Position numbers and translations under genes: made by a program. From Octopus bimaculoides (lineage: Eukaryota), in contig NC_068983.1 of NCBI RefSeq assembly GCF_001194135.2, forward strand, positions 20,668,591 to 20,719,531: a DNA stretch of 50,941 nt. The letters run 5' to 3'. Of this stretch, positions 25,047 through 36,330 are shown piece after piece. A model generated the notes under the pieces. It was not told the DNA's origin. It did not search any database and saw only the letters and a program-made list of their open reading frames with translations. Numbering within the stretch: the first letter of the stretch is position 1; every line of letters begins with the position of its first letter.

Positions 25047-25939
25047 NNNNNNNNNNNNNNNNNNNNNNNNNNNNNNNNNNNNNNNNNNNNNNNNNNNNNN
25101 NNNNNNNNNNNNNNNNNNNNNNNNNNNNNNNNNNNNNNNNNNNNNNNNNNNNNNNNNNNNNNNNNNNNNNNNNNNNNNNNNNNNNNNNNNNNNNNNNNNN
25201 NNNNNNNNNNNNNNNNNNNNNNNNNNNNNNNNNNNNNNNNNNNNNNNNNNNNNNNNNNNNNNNNNNNNNNNNNNNNNNNNNNNNNNNNNNNNNNNNNNNN
25301 NNNNNNNNNNNNNNNNNNNNNNNNNNNNNNNNNNNNNNNNNNNNNNNNNNNNNNNNNNNNNNNNNNNNNNNNNNNNNNNNNNNNNNNNNNNNNNNNNNNN
25401 NNNNNNNNNNNNNNNNNNNNNNNNNNNNNNNNNNNNNNNNNNNNNNNNNNNNNNNNNNNNNNNNNNNNNNNNNNNNNNNNNNNNNNNNNNNNNNNNNNNN
25501 NNNNNNNNNNNNNNNNNNNNNNNNNNNNNNNNNNNNNNNNNNNNNNNNNNNNNNNNNNNNNNNNNNNNNNNNNNNNNNNNNNNNNNNNNNNNNNNNNNNN
25601 NNNNNNNNNNNNNNNNNNNNNNNNNNNNNNNNNNNNNNNNNNNNNNNNNNNNNNNNNNNNNNNNNNNNNNNNNNNNNNNNATATATATATATATATATAT
25701 ATATATACATGTGCATGTATGTAGTTATTTATATTGCTTCTTTCGTTTATTTGATTTAGTTCACCGAATAATTCCACCTTTACCTGACCAGTTTCTAACT
25801 TTCTTTCACTTATTCATAACATTTTCCACATTTCATTCATCCGAACTTCTTTTTTCTCTTAAGTTTCTCTTTTTAATCTGATATATGTTTTCTCTCTTTC
25901 TTTGTACGTCATTCTTCACGAAATTTCACTCTCCACTCT

Positions 25940-25996
<57 letters not shown>

Positions 25997-26008
25997 TGTT
26001 TGTGAGTG

Positions 26009-26039
<31 letters not shown>

Positions 26040-27175
26040 GCTTGTGTGTAGAATTTATTTTTCACTATTTTGTGGTTTCTTTCAATGTATTCTGTCTTTC
26101 TTTCTGCTGTCCCTGTTTAACTGCTTTTATTTTCGCTTGCTCTTTTTCTTTCTTTATTTATTATTTTGTTTTGCTTCTTTCATTTCTTTCTATTTTCTTT
26201 ACCATATTTCATTCCGTCATTATCTCTTTTATATTTTGCAGTTTTATTTCGTTTGTTTTTGTTGTTGTTGTTGACTTTTACATTTTAAATGTTTCCATTC
26301 GTATATTTAAATTCAGCGGGAAAGTAGGAAGGTAGGTGAATNNNNNNNNNNNNNNNNNNNNNNNNNNNNNNNNNNNNNNNNNNNNNNNNNNNNNNNNNNN
26401 NNNNNNNNNNNNNNNNNNNNNNNNNNNNNNNNNNNNNNNNNNNNNNNNNNNNNNNNNNNNNNNNNNNNNNNNNNNNNNNNNNNNNNNNNNNNNNNNNNNN
26501 NNNNNNNNNNNNNNNNNNNNNNNNNNNNNNNNNNNNNNNNNNNNNNNNNNNNNNNNNNNNNNNNNNNNNNNNNNNNNNNNNNNNNNNNNNNNNNNNNNNN
26601 NNNNNNNNNNNNNNNNNNNNNNNNNNNNNNNNNNNNNNNNNNNNNNNNNNNNNNNNNNNNNNNNNNNNNNNNNNNNNNNNNNNNNNNNNNNNNNNNNNNN
26701 NNNNNNNNNNNNNNNNTATATATATATATATATGTATACATATGTGTATATACGTATAATATACCTAGTCTTCTTTACGCTGTTCTCTATGTATGTCGGT
26801 AGATATTTGTATTCGTTGGTTTAAGCAGTTAAGCCGTTCAAAGCCAAGAAATAGACGGCGTGAAGCGATAAGGGAGGAGAATCATAAAGAGAGTTACGGA
26901 GGGAAAACATTGGAACAAGAGAAAGAATAAGGTTCTATGCTTAAGAGAGTGTGAGGTGGAATTGGATTGTGAAAAGAGAGGCAGGGAGTGAAAAGAGAAA
27001 TAGAAGAGGAGTAATACTAAGAGAATAGGAGTGCCTGGAATTACGTGTCTAGATATACGTAGATATATCATTATTGTAGATACACTACATAATCATATTA
27101 CAGATACACGTATATTAACACACATATTATATATGTGTGTGTACGTTTGTTTGTTTGTTTATTTGTGTGTGAGAA

Positions 27176-27234
<59 letters not shown>

Positions 27235-27265
27235 NNNNNNNNNNNNNNNNNNNNNNNNNNNNNNN

Positions 27266-27322
<57 letters not shown>

Positions 27323-28571
27323 GAATATTGGGAGAGAACGAAAAGACGTAAAAATGCGAATGAGTATGTGCTGTAGAAAAATATTAATATTCACTAAAGG
27401 GTTATAGATGAGGAAAGAACAAGAACTGTAGAAATGGCATCACCATACATGTATGTATATGAATGAGCTATATTGACTTACATACAGATAAATGAGATAC
27501 ATACATGCATAGATACAATCGTACAAACACACGTGCATGCATATATACATGTATACACTGACACACATCATCATACATACATGCATACATACATACATAC
27601 ATACATACACAAACACATGTACACACACACACACACACACACCGACGGACGGTAGAAAAGATTGAGAAAAAGAATGCTTGAAAACTGAATAAGGATAGAT
27701 ACGGAACGTGATAAGGAAGTGATAATGTGAGAGTTGTATGCGACTTCAAAGTAGATAATAACTGAATATATAAATAATGGAGAATGATGTAGAAATATAT
27801 ATATATACATAGGAAGAAAAGAATTATGATCAGTAATGATAATGAAGGGACGACATTAATTGAAATAGAAGTGTCATGAGTTTGTGAGAATGCGAAGCAG
27901 ATGCATTAGTTGTAGGATATAGTAGAATCGGCTGGGAGGAAAATGATCATGTAGCGAGGTAGTATATTTGGTAAGTAACAAAAGACAAAAGAATCTCTGA
28001 TTAATACATATGGCAAAGCATGATGAATATGTGTTGTGTATGTGGGTCAGAGAGAGAGAGTGGGGATATTATACGTGTAAGTATGGAGAAAACAAGCCCA
28101 AAACCAAAACAATAAAAGAAAGCTTGTTAAACTGTATTATATTTTCTAAGTGCATCATTAGGCATTGTATTTACGTCAGAGTTTTGAGTTAGTCCGTTTT
28201 ACTGAAGTTACTTCACTACTTACAAGAATGTTGAAATATTCCATTCAAATTCTTGTATTACACATCCATTCACACACACACGCTTACAAACGTATCCAAC
28301 CCTATACATATGCACATTCAAATGTCCTTACACTTATACATACATGTATAGAGGTGAAAATAAAAGTGCAAATAAACGCATATCCATTTCACGATCCTAC
28401 GTAGCGGATGTGTGTAAGATTTGATATATTTATTTGCAAATCGTATATCTGTCTACCCGTACACATACATACACACACAGGCGCATAGACACATACACAG
28501 TGGTATGCACACATTAACACATGAAACACATACTACTTGAAACAAATTGTGTATGTGTGTGATGGTGGCTA

Positions 28572-28725
28572 GGTGCAGGGCATGGCTGTGTCGCAACAAG
28601 TGTGCTTTCTGACCACATGGTTCTGGTTTCCATGCCTACGCTCACCACCTTGAGCAAATATCGTCAACTAAATCTCAAAGTCTTGTTAGTGGATTTGGAA
28701 CACCGAAACTTAAAGAACCCCGGTG
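28572..28725 (+). mobile_element. OK-type SINE 5' half, highly diverged
   Basis: ggcatggctgtg...accacatggttctgg...ccttgagcaaat...agtggatttgg...gaaacttaaagaaccccg then (TA)n, collinear with 50706-50870. Confidence 0.6.

Positions 28726-28729
<4 letters not shown>

Positions 28730-28800
<71 letters not shown>
28730..28800. repeat. Compound (TA)n(GA)n microsatellite
   Basis: Direct reading of the sequence. Confidence 0.95.
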
Positions 28801-28802
<2 letters not shown>

Positions 28803-28813
28803 AATTTATGCAG

Positions 28814-28955
28814 ATTTTACAATTGTAGAAACATTGCGCATAGATGTACAACAGAGTTCGAGCTCCATGAACCCAATAGATCATTCAGAGTACCTGTGTT
28901 GGCAAGTTACATGTTATGAACGTATCAGAGTATATAACTATGCTTTTTGGTTGCA
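28814..28955 (+). CDS. Candidate orphan exon (phase 1/2): FTIVETLRIDVQQSSSSMNPIDHSEYLCWQVTCYERIRVYNYAFWL
   Basis: Acceptor aatttatgcag, 142-nt open frame, consensus donor gtgagt at 28956. No recognisable homology. Confidence 0.15.
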
Positions 28956-30790
28956 GTGAGTTTTCTTTAGTAGACTTTTGCTGGTAATACAGAGATAACA
29001 TCTTCTGACACCATTTGTGTATCGCCTAAAACTTTAAATCCTTAATCCATTTGAGATCTTATTTCGTAGCATTTGTAAAGACCACATGTAACTTGAGAGG
29101 CATGTATAACTTAAATATTTAAGCTATCTGAATTATACAATTCTTTAATAACCCTAATGTTAGGGCAGTACTATAGCACGACTACAAACTTTACACCAAT
29201 GACACTGTGCCGACCAAACCTCATGCTCCGTGTACAGTTTTTATTTCAATGTGAAATCTTTCTCTGTCATAATCACTATGATGACAGGAATTACGGTGCC
29301 CTGTAAAAATTCGAATAAAAATTCACAATTTCAAATTCAGTATCGTTGATGTTATTAATTTGATCGACACAAGTGTATACTACGTTGCTATTGCTTCACT
29401 AGGTGAACCTTGCAGTTTTTCCTATGCTAGTATTGATCTGTCAAATTTATTTTTTGGTAATCCAATCTCCGTTTTAATTGTGCGTAGCAACTCACATTTA
29501 TGGCTGGAAAATAAGTTATTTTTATAGTTCTTGATTGGGATTAATGCTGTGCATTTTACTTGTCTCTACTTTATAATCGGTTTTACTGATACTTTTGTAA
29601 CAATGTCATAAAATATCTTCGGACTAGGCCTTTTATTGTTCACTTCGTATAATTTTTCAGCTTTATCAGAAAATATAATCGGTTATTATTATTTTTCTAA
29701 GATTGTTAATGCCTTTTTTTGCGCTTAATTCGAAAGACTTAAAGAGTTTTAGATTCAGTGTTTAGTCTGGAGTTCGAACTCGTAACTTTTAATCCTTTGA
29801 ATGTAGAAAAGTGTCGTCATGTTCAAACGACGGATTGTTCGGTATCAGGATCCACTGCTGCAGGATTAGAGAACCATGCCTTCTATTTTCTGCTTCTAAC
29901 AAGCTTTTGTCTTATCTATAGAAGCTTTCTAGAGTAATGCTCAGACGGTTTAAATGTGCTTGTAGTTGATATTTCAGTTTTTATAGAAGAATGGGCAATA
30001 TGTTGTTCCGTGTATTTGACTATTATATGACATTTGTAATGGATGTTGTTTAGTTCCAGGTGTCACTATGCAGGCTTTCGATTAAATGCGTTCCAGTGGC
30101 TACAATCTACTTCTCATTACAATTTGTTCCTTATTGAATCAGCCCTGCCTGTTTAAGACATGTGCACACATTCACCTTGTTGCTTTATGTAGAGTGATTG
30201 TGAACAAAATCTAATGGGTGAAAGTCCAGTCAACTTGAAAGCACCAAACTATTCAAATGTATTCAGTTTCATCTATCTCATAAATGATAGAGCTCCTGAT
30301 GTGGTAGATATGATATGAATGCTATCAAGGATACAAGTGACACCAAAAGCGGTAGTGAATGTTGAACCTTTAATGTAATCTGAGAACATTGATCTGCTAG
30401 CCATCTGAAGTGGGACAGTGTCCTGGCATTACAAGGTTAAGAAAACTGCCTGACTGTACTGCTCAGTACACTCATAAAATCGAAATTTCGAAAGTCTGAT
30501 GAAAGATTGGTGAAAAATACTTTTAATCGGCATTTTTTTTTTTAACATGAAAAGAAAAAAAAAGGTTAATGTGTGGCAAGCGGAAACAGCTATATTATGG
30601 TGCATACCATGTTATGACGATGTATGTAAACTAGACTGATAGATATATTACGAAGATATATTTTTCATCAAGCTTTGAAACTGCCATATTTATATCAACC
30701 GGGTTGAAAAAGAAAAACTTTTCCCAGAAAAATCGATGGACAGGAAACATGAGGAACATAAAAATATATTTGATTTTCTCATGAAATATA

Positions 30791-30861
30791 ATGCCGGAGA
30801 AAACAAAATCAGTCATCTTCCTCTGTTTAGCTTTGTTAACATTCAACTGGGTCAAAGGATG
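30791..30861 (+). CDS. Candidate signal-peptide exon MPEKTKSVIFLCLALLTFNWVKG (phase 2 donor)
   Basis: ATG followed by basic n-region, hydrophobic VIFLCLALLTF and a small-residue c-region, ending precisely at the consensus donor G/GTGAGT. A ~90-105 nt pyrimidine-rich intron-like spacer follows. Confidence 0.35.
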
Positions 30862-30966
30862 GTGAGTTTCACGTCAATGTATTAAAGCAACCAGCGACAT
30901 TTTCCTTTCTTTCCGCATGTTTTTAAATGTTGTCGTGTTATTAGTTTTACAGATTTAGTATGTTAG

Positions 30967-31072
30967 CTTCAGTAATGACGGAACGGGTTGCAGTTATTCT
31001 GTTGATGCTAAAGGTGACGCTGAAATATTCAAATGTCAAAGACCGTTATGTTTTGCTAATCATTCCCAGTAA
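30967..31072 (+). CDS. Candidate second exon (C)FSNDGTGCSYSVDAKGDAEIFKCQRPLCFANHSQ*
   Basis: Using the AG at 30965-30966, the frame joins the signal exon and stays open to TAA at 31070-31072, with AATAAA at 31077-31082. The stronger-looking acceptor at 30951-30952 would instead give a stop. Confidence 0.25.
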
Positions 31073-31575
31073 AAAAAATAAATCACCGTTCTTTTATATC
31101 TATGTGTAATGACCGTGTGCTCCGATCTAGACATACTGTGAAGAACAAAACTTCATAGATTAATGCTATGAAAATCTGCTCTATGTGTATGTATGTATGT
31201 ATGTATGTAGGTAGGTAGGTAGGTAGGTAGGTGTTTATTCCCTACCTTCCAAATCAAATACGATCAGGAACGACTATCAAAGACATTCCACCCGAGCTCA
31301 TTTCTGTCTTTCTCTTTCACAAGACTACATACGACTACATAATTCAATACGTCTTCTTTTAAGAGGACAGAGTGTAGTTCGATAGACATTTGATGGTTAC
31401 TTCCAATAGGATAAGCGGCCAGATAGAACAGCTCACTTTAGTGCAATTTAACGCTTCAAACTACCTTAGGAAGGTAACTTTCTTACGCGGTGCACCATCT
31501 TGCGACTGGCGACAAATACTGGGCGCATTTGTGGATAATAGGAATCTCCCTAAATATTTAGTTCATTTCACAATA

Positions 31576-31801
31576 TACTGCGTGGGTCAAAAGTCACACA
31601 CCAAAATATATGACATTTTATTCACACCTTCTAGTTATTCATTTTGTTTATTATCATTCAATTTGTTCATCATGTACACGAAAGTGTGTATTCCTCATTA
31701 TTTCATTTATTTTACTCAATTCTAGAAGCATTGAAGTATGTTTCTGACAATACCGGAGCGTAGTGAACTCATTTTGTGCGTAATGTTTGGCCCAGGTAGT
31801 A
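31576..31801. mobile_element. Degenerate Tc1/mariner-type MITE
   Basis: Ends tactgcgtgggtcaaaagtcac and (reverse complement) tactacctgggccaaacattac match at 16 of 22 positions, with TA at both termini and an AT-rich interior. Confidence 0.45.
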
Positions 31802-32593
31802 TTTCTAAATTCCAGCGGTTTTAAATGTACACTATTATTAAAATTGGGAGACCAGTCTGTTCTCTCATAATCAAGGAACCAAACTGCGATTTGTATTTGA
31901 CTTATTGTGATCAACGTGAGAAATGTACAGCATAAGATATGTGTTTGTATGTTTGTAAATGAATATGTAAGTCTCGTTTCGAATACTAAAAATTATGTTA
32001 TATCTTTCTACTATTTGATAGATATTGTTAAAGACACGCGGCACATGCACGCCTGCGCACACACACGCGGGCACACATGCACACATGTATGTTGTTGTCG
32101 TAATAAGGATATATAAACTTCGCTAGAACGGGAAAAAGTTTTGCTTTTTTTTTTGTTGGTACATGAATTGTAGATCTCCCAACCGTTAAAGCTATAAATA
32201 GCAACGTGTCAATATTGGATTGAAAGACACTTTTAGATGGAGAAAGTCATGTGTCTGTGTCTCTCTAACTCTTTTCCTTTCACCATCTATCGGTTAATAT
32301 AAGTATCCCTACTTATAGGTCACTTTGTTTCTGTATTCCACCACTCGGCTTTCTCAACTATCATTTATTTTCCCCTATTCTTTCCTTTACTATTAACATT
32401 CAGTCTGACTCATGTTCCGTTGATCGCCTGTCTGGTTCTTTCTGTTAATTTACTTCAGTCTTTTGTCTATTTAATTCCCATCCCTCTTTTCTCATCTTCT
32501 CACTTTCTTTTTTTTTATTTGTTTATGTTCCCATGGAATCATACACCATGTTATCCAAGCAGCATCTAAATAAATTGTAAATTTTTACGTTAT

Positions 32594-32665
32594 ATTGGTT
32601 TCTATTAACCCATTTATTCTATCAGAAGAATTTTTATTCATTAAGATAGAAGAAATACACATAAT
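32594..32665 (-). repeat. Inverted exact copy of 535-606
   Basis: 72/72 identity on the opposite strand, adjacent to (TA)n and a gap. Confidence 0.9.
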
Positions 32666-33457
32666 TATATATATATATATATATATATATNNNNNNNNNN
32701 NNNNNNNNNNNNNNNNNNNNNNNNNNNNNNNNNNNNNNNNNNNNNNNNNNNNNNNNNNNNNNNNNNNNNNNNNNNNNNNNNNNNNNNNNNNNNNNNNNNN
32801 NNNNNNNNNNNNNNNNNNNNNNNNNNNNNNNNNNNNNNNNNNNNNNNNNNNNNNNNNNNNNNNNNNNNNNNNNNNNNNNNNNNNNNNNNNNNNNNNNNNN
32901 NNNNNNNNNNNNNNNNNNNNNNNNNNNNNNNNNNNNNNNNNNNNNNNNNNNNNNNNNNNNNNNNNNNNNNNNNNNNNNNNNNNNNNNNNNNNNNNNNNNN
33001 NNNNNNNNNNNNNNNNNNNNNNNNNNNNNNNNNNNNNNNNNNNNNNNNNNNNNNNNNNNNNNNNNNNNNNNNNNNNNNNNNNNNNNNNNNNNNNNNNNNN
33101 NNNNNNNNNNNNNNNNNNNNNNNNNNNNNNNNNNNNNNNNNNNNNNNNNNNNNNNNNNNNNNNNNNNNNNNNNNNNNNNNNNNNNNNNNNNNNNNNNNNN
33201 NNNNNNNNNNNNNNNNNNNNNNNNNNNNNNNNNNNNNNNNNNNNNNNNNNNNNNNNNNNNNNNNNNNNNNNNNNNNNNNNNNNNNNNNNNNNNNNNNNNN
33301 NNNNNNNNNNNNNNNNNNNNNNNNNNNNNNNNNNNNNNNNNNNNNNNNNNNNNNNNNNNNNNNNNNNNNNNNNNNNNNNNNNNNNNNNNNNNNNNNNNNN
33401 NNNNNNNNNNNNNNNNNNNNNNNNNNNNNNNNNNNNNNNNNNNNNNNNNNNNNNNNN

Positions 33458-33496
<39 letters not shown>

Positions 33497-34660
33497 GTAT
33501 ACCTTTCTATCTATATATATGTGTGTGTGTGTTTGTGCATGTGTGTATATGTGTGTGTATGGGTGTATATATTTATATATATTTGCACACACACGCAGAC
33601 ATACGGTGTGTGTATCTACTTATGGCAACCCCATCCCCACTCATTTATTTAGGTCAGTACATATCTTTCTTCTATTTTCAAAGTTGCCTTTCTCCCTTTC
33701 TGTCATATTTCCATTCTTGTATGTTTGAGCACATTTCCTTTTGTGTTGTTTTTATCATTTTTTTTCCTTTTACATTTATGCATTCATTTATTCATGTATT
33801 TTCCCACTTTCTCTTAAAACAAACAAATCCTTGACATAAATATTACCATTGTCTGAAAAGAAAATTACTGCAAACCCTTAGAAAAGGAAGGAAGCTAGCG
33901 TGTTAACAAGTTGCTTGACATACGAATTACAATCAGAAAATAGTGTTGATTCGAATATTTGATAATGTTAATGGGAAAAAAGCAAAAAAATAAGTAAAAT
34001 AAAATAAACAATAAAGGGGGAGAGGAAGAGCGTGGAGAAGAGAGAGAGAGAGAAGAAGAGAAAGAGAGATAACGGGAAAAGAAATAAAAGCAGAACATTG
34101 ATGACATTGATGACATTGGATATAATGAGAGACAAGGAAATAATGTAAAAAATAAAAAGAACAAAGAAACAAAACAATTAGAATAGCAACGACGTCTTTA
34201 GAAACAGCAGGATCTTTTTACAAGAAGCACTCAGCTTCCCTGCATTTACTAGTTTGTTTATTTATTTATGCTATAGTCAACACATCTAAAAATACATCAA
34301 CATCAATATTACTAACAAGAACGTTAACAACAATAACAACAGTAGCGATGACAAGAATTGTTATAAAACAAAATTTATAATTGTTAGAGAATGAATGAAT
34401 GTTCATTAGTCTTATTTTAGAAATCGTATTATTAATTAATAGTAGAACTAATAAATTTGGAAAAGAGGGCAGCATTTCAAATTTTGTTTAACTAGATAAA
34501 GATATTTACATGCAGGACTTTTAGGCTAAAGGGCTTAACATTGGGGTCGCAGGTTTAATGGTCCATTCTTTACAAATCATTTCAAAAGTACGTTGTTAAG
34601 AAGAAGAATTATGCTGAAGCTAATCTTTTTATATTTTAATGTGAATTTAGAGTGATACAT

Positions 34661-35095
34661 TATTTTCTACTTTAGGTACAAGGCCCGAAATTTTATGGTG
34701 GGGGAGCAGTCAATTAGATCGACCTCAGTACGCAGCTGGTACTTAATTTACTGGCCCCTAAAGGATGAAATGCAAAGTCGCCCTTGACGGAATTTGAACT
34801 CAGGACGTAACGACAGACGAAATACCGCTAAGCATTTCGTCCCGCGTGCTAACGTTTCTTATTTTTTATTGTCCACAAGGGGCTAAACATAGAAGGGACA
34901 AACACGGACAGACAAAGGGATTAATTAAGTCGATTACATCGACACCAGTGCGTAACTGGTACTTAATTTATTGACCTCGAAAGGATGAAAGGCAAGGTCG
35001 ACCTCGGCGGAATTTGAACTCAGAACGTAACGGCAGACGAAATACCACTCAGCATTTCGCCCGGCGTGCTAACGTTTCTGCCAACTCACCGCCTT
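34661..35095 (-). mobile_element. Head-to-tail Nin-SINE dimer: tail-C copy (~34855-35095) followed by a 5'-truncated tail-A copy (34661-~34858)
   Basis: Same architecture as 11083-11478. The junction reads aataag/aaacgttagc on the minus strand. Confidence 0.9.
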
Positions 35096-35886
35096 CTTAG
35101 AGCGATATGTTACCCCAGCGGATACCGTGGCAGCTCTCAGTTAATTTCCAGTTTTCGGCTAACCGAGTCGGTTAGTAGTTAACGTCTATGACTACTATGG
35201 GTTGTCACTTACGCCGTAAACTTCTCCGATGGATAATTCTCAGTTCACTTCACTAGATGGTAATATTGTTTGGGTTGTATATTTGCAATAATTATAACGA
35301 TAGAGAATATGGAGACTGCTACATACTCTAAATTTATTTCCTTTTATTTTATGCAGCATGTTGTAATGGCTACGAAGACTTATACGTGTTTCCACTGCAC
35401 TGTGGATGGCCAGTTGAACATGCAACCGGGAATAATTTTCTGTGCAGCTTCGTTCAGGGTCGAAGTTAGCGAAGGTAGAATTCACTAACCATAGTTATTA
35501 TAAAGGAACAGGAGTAGGAGATCTTGCTAAAGTGGTGAATACATGGCTACCCATACTGGAGAGAGAGAGAGATAGAGGGTATATTCTCAAGGTACAAAGT
35601 GAATATTTGAGAGGAAAGAGGAAGAGAGAAGGTGAGTGTGTGGATACAAACTCTACAGTGAAAAGAAGGAACCGCAGTGATTTTTTTGATCTTTTGGTAA
35701 CAAATTATTCGGTGCGGAAGTAAAACCAACAGCTGACGGGTATGTAGGTCCAGGCACTTGAATAGATTAGTGAGATTGTATCTGTCACTGGAGTTCGACA
35801 GCGCAAAGTCTGCAAGAATGAAGACGTTGATGAGAGATTGTCCAGCGGTTGCTCATATATATACATACATATACATATATGTATAC

Positions 35887-35936
<50 letters not shown>

Positions 35937-36067
35937 GAACATATGTATAAATATGATTCTGATTTTGTACGAATTTGTGCGTGTATGAATATATGTATAA
36001 ATATGTCTATGATTCTGATTCTGTACCAGTTTGTGCATGAGTATGTGTGTTTATATGTGTGTATGTG

Positions 36068-36105
<38 letters not shown>

Positions 36106-36201
36106 TGTGTGTGCGTGTGTGTGTGCGTGTGTGTACACGCACCCAAACACAATTACAGACATATACATGTATATGTATTGAAACACAGTTACTTAAATTA
36201 A

Positions 36202-36330
36202 TGAGCTGGCAGAAACGTTAGACTGTCTGTTGGATTGCTTTGCGGTAATCGTTTCGAGTCTCTGTGACCTGTGTTGAACTTAGGCTACGGTCAGCTTTGC
36301 CTCTTATCCTTTGGGGATTCATTAATGGTA
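36202..36330 (+). mobile_element. Nin-SINE, highly diverged
   Basis: tgagctggcagaaacgttag...ggtcagctttgcctcttatcctttgggg. Confidence 0.6.
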
